Source of the DNA: Candidatus Woesearchaeota archaeon
GTDB taxonomy: Archaea; Nanobdellota; Nanobdellia; SCGC-AAA011-G17; JACPIM01
Reading direction: 5' to 3'
Assembly: GCA_043817645.1 (NCBI GenBank)
Contig: JBDRGP010000024.1
Span: 412 to 64,411, forward strand
DNA: 64,000 bases
The notes under the pieces were generated by a model. That model was not told the DNA's origin. It did not search any database and saw nothing but the letters and a program-made list of their open reading frames with translations. Positions 44,352 to 52,008 of this stretch are shown piece by piece. Made by a program: the position numbers and the translations under genes. Position 1 is the stretch's first letter. Each line of letters opens with the position of its first letter.

Positions 44352-44729
44352 ATGATTTTCTTATTGGATAGCGTTATTGCACTTTTTATAGTTTTTATAA
44401 TTCTTGCTATATCGATATTCTTTTTAAGCAGGTCGGAACAATCTCCTGTAAGTGAATTGCAAGCAAGCAGAATTGCTAATGATGTCTTTGCCATTTTGGA
44501 TTATAGGGGCCTTTTAGGAAATTTTGATGCGAATGAAATAACTTCTGAACTAAATGCTATACTGCCTGTAGGTTATGTAGTTGAGTATAAGATCGAATGT
44601 CCTAATAGAGTTTATGACTCGAGGGGAAGTTCGACTTTTTCTGAAGAGTCTGCGTTTTCGGGTGAGAGAGTTTTTGTCGATACTAAATTTAATAAGTGTA
44701 TTGCGAGGTATTGGGTATGGCTAAGTTAG
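44352..44729 (+). CDS. pilin-like / pilus-associated membrane protein
   Basis: MIFLLDSVIALFIVFIILAISIFFL N-terminal helix. Sits within the minor-pilin gene run. Confidence 0.35.
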   Translation: MIFLLDSVIALFIVFIILAISIFFLSRSEQSPVSELQASRIANDVFAILDYRGLLGNFDANEITSELNAILPVGYVVEYKIECPNRVYDSRGSSTFSEESAFSGERVFVDTKFNKCIARYWVWLS

Positions 44730-45532
44730 GGGTTTTCTACACAATAGGATTTTTTATTGTGATACTAGTTTTCTTTAGCTTCGTGGTTATAATAAATAGA
44801 AATTTTATTTCGACAAGTGAAAGACTGGAAGAGGATTTGGGATATGAGCAAATAAGAAATCTTGATTTGTCTATTCAAAAGGGTTTTAAAGATATTTTTA
44901 CAATGCTTTCAGGAATTTCTGTGAGTAAGGGAACTAATTCAGTTACTTTTACTGAAATTTTGCCTAACCCTTCTGATTCAAATTTTAAAAGTAATATCTC
45001 GCAGTATAAAACTTTTCTTGAGAGTAATTATCCTGTAATTTTTGAGGTTGAAGAAATAAATGGTAATTTGCCTTTGATTATTCAGCCATATGGCATTGAA
45101 TTAGGTCATCTGAGTTATGGGGGTGCGGAAATGAACTTAACTTGGAAACAAGTAAATTTTGATGGGTTTGTTGTTACAATACAGGCTGATGTGGTATTGA
45201 ATTCTGGTTCTTGTGATACTAGTGGTAGTTCTAGTAGTCCTTATTTGAATTTAAATGCTTATGGCTCTTCTGGAAGTTGTACAGTTACGGATAATTCGCA
45301 TGTTGAGATCTTTGATACGCAATTACCTCCGAATCTTCAAGTTACTTTGGATTTGGATGAGGCTTCGCAGGTGTTGACTGTAGTTGCTAGTGAGACAGTA
45401 ACAGCGGCAGTAAGCGTAGAAGGCTTAACTGATATGGCTGATGACACTATAGTTACTTTGCCTGAGGAGGTTTTGAGTTATAACTTTGGTGATCTTAATT
45501 TTATTAAAAACGGGACTATACGGCTTTTGTAG
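44717..45532 (+). CDS. pilus-associated membrane-anchored protein
   Basis: MAKLGVFYTIGFFIVILVFFSFVVII N-terminal anchor with a Ser/Thr-rich beta-rich ectodomain. Confidence 0.35.
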   Translation: MAKLGVFYTIGFFIVILVFFSFVVIINRNFISTSERLEEDLGYEQIRNLDLSIQKGFKDIFTMLSGISVSKGTNSVTFTEILPNPSDSNFKSNISQYKTFLESNYPVIFEVEEINGNLPLIIQPYGIELGHLSYGGAEMNLTWKQVNFDGFVVTIQADVVLNSGSCDTSGSSSSPYLNLNAYGSSGSCTVTDNSHVEIFDTQLPPNLQVTLDLDEASQVLTVVASETVTAAVSVEGLTDMADDTIVTLPEEVLSYNFGDLNFIKNGTIRLL

Positions 45533-45767
45533 TTATTCTTTAGTTAAAGAAGGATTTATATATCACTATAACTCATAAATGTGTAGATGATAAAGGTATT
45601 GAGATGCTTACATTGTAATCATGAGTGGGCTAGGAGACTAAATAAAAATCCTGTTCTGTGTCCTAGATGTAAATCACGAAATTGGAGTAAAAAACCACAG
45701 ATAAAATATAGACCAAAAAATTATACGGGAGGGTATAGAAGAAGTTAACAGAAAAGAGAGGTTTGAC

Positions 45768-47603
45768 TTGGGCGATATGGCTAAAATAAAAAAGGGGGTG
45801 GAAAAAGGCACTCCTATGGATACTGAATTAGCAGAGATTGATAAGAGATTAGCTAGGCTTAGTGGAAAAGAGGAACCCGAAGTTTCGAGTTTTGAGGAAA
45901 AGAAGAAAACTAAGACCTTTAAGAAAAAAATAGAAGATAAAAAAAACAAGGTAGTTGGAACAAGGACGAAGTTAAAGCCTAAAAAGGTTTTAAAGAAAGT
46001 TCGGTCTTTAGACTTTGAATTAGCTGATATTGATAGGAGATTAGCTGTGCTTGATGGAAGAGAGGAACCTGAAGTTTCGAGTTTTGAGGAAAAGAAGAAA
46101 ACTAAGACTTTTAAGAAAAAAATAGAAGATAAAAAAAGTAAGGTGATTGGGACGAAAGTGAAGTTAAAGCCTGAGCTATTGAAAGTTAAAGCCGGGCAAA
46201 AAGATTTGTTGAAAGAGCCTAAAAAGGTTTTAAAGAAAGTTAGGTCTTTACCTAAAGAAAAATTTACTTCTTTGGATAGGGAAAAGAAAGAGGATATTTC
46301 CTTTAAGGATGAGATTAGGACTAAAAAGGAAGTTTTAAAGAAAGATGTGGCTACTAGTCTAAAAAAGAAAAGGGAAGTTTCTATTCCAAAAAAGAAAAAA
46401 ATATCTAAGAAGAGTTTTTTAGGGTTTAAGAAAAAAAGTGATAAAGCTTCTACTCTTAAGTCTCTTTCTTTAAGTGAAAAAAAGAAAGATTTGTTGAAAA
46501 AGAAGATTCCAAAGAAAAAAACTTCTGTTGTGAGTTCTGGAATGCTCAAAAAGAAAATGGAATCTAAGTTGGGCAGAGATATTTCTAAACCTGTTGAGAT
46601 AGGAGAAGAAAAAGCTGAAGAGGAAAGTGGTAAATCAAAAACACTTCTAAAAAAAGTTAAGGATAAAAAATCAAAATTACGTTTTCCTTTGGAGAAGAAA
46701 AAAGAAGAGGGTCCTACAGAGAAAGTTTCTAAAAAAGAAGAACCTAAGGGAGTAGAGGGGAAGGAAGAAAAACTAGTAAAAAAAACTGAAGAAAACACCC
46801 AAGAGGAAAAAGATGAAAAGAAGATTGGTAAAAAACCTTTAAAAAAATCTTCTGATTTAAAGATTACTACCTTTTTTGATAAATTAGTTGATGATGTTGA
46901 AAAGAGAGGCGCTGTGGGACTATCAGAGATAGCTGAGACTTATAAAATAGATAAAAAAACAGCGCAAGAATGGGCTGAGATATTGAAGGATAATGATCTT
47001 GTTGATTTTAATATTCCTCCTTTTGGTGAGCCAGAACTTAGGAAGAAGCGTTTAAAGTTAGAAAAGGGTGAGAAGGGAGAAAAGGTAGAAGATAAAGAGA
47101 AGACAAAAAAGGAAAAACCTAAGAAGAAATTAATTAAAAAATTTCTTTTAGGAGGTAGCAAAAAATATGTTGTAATGGGGATATTGGGTTTAGTTGTGAT
47201 TATCTCCATTGCTAGTTTTTTTATATTTTCGGGGCGAAGTGGAGAAAGGACTTTTGCGGTTCCTTTTATTGAAGGAACTCAAGAAGAAGAACAAGTGAGA
47301 GAGATAATAGATAAAGAGGATGTTTTATTGGCATTTTCTGGAAATGGATCGTATGATTGTAGAAGCGAAGATGGAAGTACTCGATATCTTATTAAGAACG
47401 TGTTTATAAAAATAGAAGAGTTGGATGGTTCATCAAAGGTAGTGATAAAAAATGATAAGATATATACTTTTAATGTTAATACTGGGTTATGGGTTGAGTC
47501 TGAATTAAGAGAGGGAATTGCTGTTCCTGGGTCCGGAGTTTATCCTAAAACTGTATTAGAATGTCAAGGAGAGGAGATAGATGAGAGCGAATTTGATACC
47601 TAA
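45768..47603 (+). CDS. Lys-rich repeat protein with HTH-like segment, single TM and C-terminal extracytoplasmic domain (pilus-locus specific, function unknown)
   Basis: ~470 aa K/E-rich low-complexity region containing a ~190-200-bp internal tandem duplication (45820-46010 vs 46020-46205). Then AVGLSEIAETYKIDKKTAQEWAEIL, the TM segment YVVMGILGLVVIISIASFFIF, and a ~115-aa C-terminal domain. Confidence 0.5.
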   Translation: MGDMAKIKKGVEKGTPMDTELAEIDKRLARLSGKEEPEVSSFEEKKKTKTFKKKIEDKKNKVVGTRTKLKPKKVLKKVRSLDFELADIDRRLAVLDGREEPEVSSFEEKKKTKTFKKKIEDKKSKVIGTKVKLKPELLKVKAGQKDLLKEPKKVLKKVRSLPKEKFTSLDREKKEDISFKDEIRTKKEVLKKDVATSLKKKREVSIPKKKKISKKSFLGFKKKSDKASTLKSLSLSEKKKDLLKKKIPKKKTSVVSSGMLKKKMESKLGRDISKPVEIGEEKAEEESGKSKTLLKKVKDKKSKLRFPLEKKKEEGPTEKVSKKEEPKGVEGKEEKLVKKTEENTQEEKDEKKIGKKPLKKSSDLKITTFFDKLVDDVEKRGAVGLSEIAETYKIDKKTAQEWAEILKDNDLVDFNIPPFGEPELRKKRLKLEKGEKGEKVEDKEKTKKEKPKKKLIKKFLLGGSKKYVVMGILGLVVIISIASFFIFSGRSGERTFAVPFIEGTQEEEQVREIIDKEDVLLAFSGNGSYDCRSEDGSTRYLIKNVFIKIEELDGSSKVVIKNDKIYTFNVNTGLWVESELREGIAVPGSGVYPKTVLECQGEEIDESEFDT

Positions 47604-47609
47604 TTCAAA

Positions 47610-49067
47610 ATGGCAATAATAGATACTTATACTGTTACATCTGAAGGAGTGAACGTTGTAGTAAACATTGGAAAGAGTGAATCTGGATTGAATTATTCTA
47701 TTAAGATACCTGAGGTTGGTAAGCCTACATCTGTTCTTTTGTTGGAATTAAAGAAAAGGCTTATTACAGAGGTGACTATTGGCACTTCAGAGATTCTTGA
47801 TCCGAAAGTAATGATACAGATTAAGGAGAGGTTTACTGGCAGCTGTCATAAAATATTAGACAAGCTTATGCCGGGATTACTAACTGAAACTAAGGATTTT
47901 TTGACTGGAACATTAATGCATGATATGTTGGGTTTGGGTCAAATTGAATTTTTATTGGAGGATGTTTCTTTAGAGGAGATTGTAATTAATTCTTCAACTG
48001 AGCCTGTGAGAGTTTATCATAAGAAATATGGTTGGTTGGAAACGAATATAACGGTCGTTAGTGAAGCTCAGATATTAAACTATGCTAATATTATTGCTAG
48101 AAGGGTTGGTAGACAGATTACAACTCTAAGTCCTTTATTGGATGCACATCTTGTTACAGGAGATAGAAGTAATGCTGTTTTGTATCCTATTTCTCATAAG
48201 GGAAATACTATAACAATAAGAAAATTTGCACGTGATCCTTGGACTGTTACAGATCTTATTAAAAATAATACTTGTACAGCTAAAATATTTGCATTATTAT
48301 GGCTTGCGATACAGTATGAGCTGAATATCTTAATCAGTGGAGGTACTGGGAGCGGTAAAACTAGCTTTTTGAATGTAATTATGCCTTTTATACCTTCAAA
48401 CCATAGAATACTTTCTATAGAGGATACTAGGGAATTGCAGTTGCCTAAGTTTCTTTATTGGGCGCCATTGACTGTGAGGCCACCGAATCCTGAAGGAAAA
48501 GGAGAGGTGACTATGTTGGATCTTCTTATTAATTCCTTAAGGATGAGACCAGATAGGATTATCTTAGGAGAGATAAGAAAGCAGGAACAGGCGCAAGTGT
48601 TGTTTGAAGCAATGCATACAGGGCATAGTGTATATGCTACTGTGCATGCTGATTCAATAAGTGAAACGATTAGAAGGCTGGTTAATCCACCTATAAGTGT
48701 GCCTCAAAATCTTCTTACAGCGGTTAATCTAAATGTTGTGATGTTTAGGGATAGAAGAAAAGGAATAAGAAGGGTTTATCAAATTGGAGAATATGTTGAG
48801 AGTGAGGAAGGGAAGACTATAAGACCTAATATACTCTATAGATGGAGGCCTACGGATGATACGATTGTTCCACATGTTGCGAGTCTAAGGCTGTATGATG
48901 ATCTGAGTATGCATACTGGATTAAGCCAACAGGAGCTTCTTGATGATCTTGCTAAAAGAGAAAAGATTTTGAACTGGATGGTTAGAAAAAATATACGAAA
49001 AGTGGATGATGTTGGAGAGGTGATACATAGATATTATATTGATCCAGATAGTATTTTTAAAAAATGA
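47610..49067 (+). CDS. FlaI/ArlI–TadA-family type IV pilus assembly ATPase
   Basis: Walker A ILISGGTGSGKTSFLN, Asp box, Walker B DRIILGEIRKQE and His box HTGHSVYATVHA. Confidence 0.85.
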   Translation: MAIIDTYTVTSEGVNVVVNIGKSESGLNYSIKIPEVGKPTSVLLLELKKRLITEVTIGTSEILDPKVMIQIKERFTGSCHKILDKLMPGLLTETKDFLTGTLMHDMLGLGQIEFLLEDVSLEEIVINSSTEPVRVYHKKYGWLETNITVVSEAQILNYANIIARRVGRQITTLSPLLDAHLVTGDRSNAVLYPISHKGNTITIRKFARDPWTVTDLIKNNTCTAKIFALLWLAIQYELNILISGGTGSGKTSFLNVIMPFIPSNHRILSIEDTRELQLPKFLYWAPLTVRPPNPEGKGEVTMLDLLINSLRMRPDRIILGEIRKQEQAQVLFEAMHTGHSVYATVHADSISETIRRLVNPPISVPQNLLTAVNLNVVMFRDRRKGIRRVYQIGEYVESEEGKTIRPNILYRWRPTDDTIVPHVASLRLYDDLSMHTGLSQQELLDDLAKREKILNWMVRKNIRKVDDVGEVIHRYYIDPDSIFKK

Positions 49068-49957
49068 AAAATAAAGTTCCTTTATCTATAGTTCCGGTTA
49101 AATTATTAAGAAAAATTTCACAGATTTTTTCAGGTCTTGGGGGTAAACTGGAAAGAAGTTTTCCTTCTTTAAAATTAAATTTAGAGCAGGCTGGAATGGA
49201 TTTTACTCCTCAAGAATATATAGCGATGTGTATGACTTCTTCGCTTATCTCTTTTGTTTTTCTTAATATAATATTCAATATTAATTTATTTGTTTTAAAA
49301 ATCGAAAATCCTCCCTTGTTGTCTTTGCTTATTTCTGTTCCGTTAGTTCTTTTTATTCTTATTCAACAATTATTATATCCCAAACTAAGGGCTGGAAGAA
49401 AAATAAAGGATATTGAGAAGAATTTATTACCGGCGTTGCAGGATATGCTGGTTCAATTAACTTCTGGTGTACCTTTGTTTATGATTCTAGTTAATCTTTC
49501 GGAGCAAAGTTATGGTGAAGTTTCTAAAGAATTTGCTGGAACTGTTAAGAAGATAAGCGCCGGTATCGCTCAGGTTAGTGTTTTGGATGAATTGGCAAGT
49601 AAAAATCCTTCTCTTTATTTTAGAAGAGCTATTTGGCAGCTGGTTAACGGTATGAAAACGGGTTCTGATACTGCTATGGTTGTGAAAGAAATTATTTCTG
49701 CTTTATCTGAAGAGCAATTAATCCAAATACAGCGTTATGGTGGGCAGTTAAATCCTTTAGCTATGTTTTATATGTTGGTTACAGTAATTATGCCTTCTTT
49801 GGGGATGACTTTTTTGATTATTATTTCATCATTTATTTCGACATCAGAGTTTATTACTAAGCTTATTTTTTGGGGGTTGTACGGATTTGTTTTCTTTTTC
49901 CAGATTATGTTTTTAGGTATTATTAAAACAAAGAGGCCGACATTATTGGAGAGGTAA
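49064..49957 (+). CDS. TadC/FlaJ-like polytopic membrane platform protein (first of two)
   Basis: T2SSF-like domain layout (cytoplasmic domain flanked by TM helices). Start overlaps the ATPase gene stop. Confidence 0.6.
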   Translation: MKNKVPLSIVPVKLLRKISQIFSGLGGKLERSFPSLKLNLEQAGMDFTPQEYIAMCMTSSLISFVFLNIIFNINLFVLKIENPPLLSLLISVPLVLFILIQQLLYPKLRAGRKIKDIEKNLLPALQDMLVQLTSGVPLFMILVNLSEQSYGEVSKEFAGTVKKISAGIAQVSVLDELASKNPSLYFRRAIWQLVNGMKTGSDTAMVVKEIISALSEEQLIQIQRYGGQLNPLAMFYMLVTVIMPSLGMTFLIIISSFISTSEFITKLIFWGLYGFVFFFQIMFLGIIKTKRPTLLER

Positions 49958-50926
49958 ATGTATAGACTCATTACACGTTTAATTCCGGGCAGGATTCGAG
50001 AACATTTGTATAGTACTCTCGCTTATTCAAGAGTAAAGGTAAATAAGCAAAAGTTTTTGGGGTTTGTTTTAATTTCTAGTTTGGGATTGGCTTTAGGGCT
50101 CTCTTTGCTTATATCGAGATTATTTCATATAAGTTTTTTTGTTACTTTAGGTTTATCGATAATTGTTTTGGAGCTTGGTATTTATTTTTCTTTTTCTTTG
50201 AAGGCTGATGCTACTGCTAAATTTGTCGAGAGTATTTTGCCGGATGCTCTGCAATTAATGTCTTCTAATTTGAGGGCTGGTTTGACGACTGATAAGGCTT
50301 TATTGCTGTCGGCAAGACCGGAATTTGGGGTTTTAAGCGAGGAAATAAATGAAATTGGAAAAAAAATTGCTTTGGGCGAGGATATTGGGAAATCTATGAC
50401 TGAGATGACTGGAAAATTTAAGTCTGAGAGATTGAAAAAGACCTTTTTGTTGATTGTTTCTGGTTTAAGATCTGGTGGGCAGCTTACTGACCTTTTGGAT
50501 CAAACTGCTGACAATTTGCGTCAGGAAAGATTTTTGGATGAAAAAATAAGAACAAATGTGTTAATGTATGTTATTTTTATCTTTGCAGCGATTGGATTTG
50601 GAGCGCCAATACTCTTTGGGCTATCTTCTTTTTTAATAAGTGTTTTAGAAACGAATCTATCTATGGTTGAAATACCCCAAACAAGTGCTATTCCTATAAC
50701 TTTTTCACAGATTAATGTATCTTCCTCATTTATAATAACTTTTGCTATTATTAGTCTGTTAACAAGTTCTGTATTGGGTTCTTTGGTACTTGGTTTAATA
50801 AGTAGGGGTAAAGAAAAATTCGGGCTTAAATTTATACCTCTCTTGGTAGTTTTTACGTTGGGTATGTTTTTCTTATCTAGGTTTTTAATTGGTTCTTTAT
50901 TAGGAGGGTTATTTGGTTTGGAGTGA
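49958..50926 (+). CDS. TadC/FlaJ-like polytopic membrane platform protein (second of two)
   Basis: Second T2SSF-like unit (LQLMSSNLRAGLTTDKALL…). Split arrangement resembles EpdJ/EpdK and TadB/TadC. Confidence 0.6.
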   Translation: MYRLITRLIPGRIREHLYSTLAYSRVKVNKQKFLGFVLISSLGLALGLSLLISRLFHISFFVTLGLSIIVLELGIYFSFSLKADATAKFVESILPDALQLMSSNLRAGLTTDKALLLSARPEFGVLSEEINEIGKKIALGEDIGKSMTEMTGKFKSERLKKTFLLIVSGLRSGGQLTDLLDQTADNLRQERFLDEKIRTNVLMYVIFIFAAIGFGAPILFGLSSFLISVLETNLSMVEIPQTSAIPITFSQINVSSSFIITFAIISLLTSSVLGSLVLGLISRGKEKFGLKFIPLLVVFTLGMFFLSRFLIGSLLGGLFGLE

Positions 50927-50959
50927 TATTATTAACTTTTATAATGTTTTAGTTTAGTC

Positions 50960-51706
50960 TTATGGTTGAGATGGTGCTGGTGCTACTCCACAGCAACCTG
51001 GTGGGCCTCCACATTCTTCACATGATTTCATTATGCAGCCCTCTAATAATGAGAAGTCATTTTCGTCTATACAACCGTCAGGACTACAGTCAAAATTGGT
51101 AGCATAGCAAGAATCTCCTGGAGAGTAACATTTTCCAGAGCAACTACCAAATATCCCAAATTCTAATATATCAATCCATCCGTCACCATTCAAATCAAAA
51201 CAAGGGTTGCACTCTTCTCCTCCACTACCAGCAGTAGCACCCCCTGCTGAGGCTTCTACTTTTGCTGTTATTTTACCGCTTACTGAATGTGAGATTCCTC
51301 CTCCTTCTTCAACATACGTTATGGTGATATCTCCACTAAACTTACTGCTTGAAGTTGCTTCTGAGCAGCTCGTTAGAATTATGCCATCGCTTCCTCCTAA
51401 GATGCTTCCAGCGCTCCATTCGTCGTTACTGTCTGCTTCTGTACTGGATGTACAAGATGTTACTTGTACGTTTACGTTATTTAGAGTTTTTCCTAGACCA
51501 TTTCTTAAAACTAAATATAAACCCCCAGTATCTTCTATTTTGAAATCTTCGCAGCTAAAACCTGGAGCTAGGATGCAACTAGAGGATAAAAAAACTACTG
51601 AATTTAAAACTCCAAAGTATGCTAAAGAGCCAATAGTAACAAGAACAGCTAAAATCGCCCAGCCATAAGTCATTACGAATTCTAATGCTGCTTGGCCCTT
51701 TGCCAT
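50960..51706 (-). CDS. type IV pilin with C-terminal dockerin-like and Cys-rich extension
   Basis: MAKG|QAALEFVMTYGWAILAVLVTIGSLAYFGV…CILAPGFSCEDFKIED, paralogous to 40593. C-terminus has DLNGDGWIDILEFGIF and SPDGCIDENDFSLLEG (two dockerin-type Ca-binding repeats) plus CEECGGPPGCCG. Confidence 0.7.
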   Translation of the reverse strand: MAKGQAALEFVMTYGWAILAVLVTIGSLAYFGVLNSVVFLSSSCILAPGFSCEDFKIEDTGGLYLVLRNGLGKTLNNVNVQVTSCTSSTEADSNDEWSAGSILGGSDGIILTSCSEATSSSKFSGDITITYVEEGGGISHSVSGKITAKVEASAGGATAGSGGEECNPCFDLNGDGWIDILEFGIFGSCSGKCYSPGDSCYATNFDCSPDGCIDENDFSLLEGCIMKSCEECGGPPGCCGVAPAPSQP

Positions 51707-52005
51707 GATTTCGTCTCCCAATTATAATAACTCATACTAAATAGTAATATAATTATGGTATCAAGAATGAAGAGTGGTAAGTAGGCGTCGTTATAGGAAT
51801 TTGCAGCGATGACATATCCTGTTACATGTCCGGTTATGATGTTGTAAAATGCTGGGTTATTATTAAATGTGCTCAAAACAAGAAAATTTAAGGTTGATAT
51901 CCATACAAAAAGGAATAGAATAAAAGCTATTCTTGAGGTTTTCATGTGCATATAACTCTTTTTTTTGTATATAACTATTATTGTCCCTTGCAAGGTTTTA
52001 GACAA
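51682..52005 (-). CDS. small pilin-associated membrane protein (paralog of 41326..41642)
   Basis: Two TM helices and motifs shared with the 41326 product. Immediately upstream of the dockerin pilin. Confidence 0.4.
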   Translation of the reverse strand: MSKTLQGTIIVIYKKKSYMHMKTSRIAFILFLFVWISTLNFLVLSTFNNNPAFYNIITGHVTGYVIAANSYNDAYLPLFILDTIIILLFSMSYYNWETKSWQRAKQH

Positions 52006-52008
52006 CTA

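Noticed and set aside
45674-46798. 374-aa minus-strand ORF
   Set aside because: Shadow ORF on the opposite strand of the Lys-rich repeat gene, and its translation is low-complexity S/F/L.
51207-51668. 153-aa plus-strand ORF opposite the dockerin pilin
   Set aside because: Antisense shadow; the minus-strand frame has the class III signal peptide and a close paralog.
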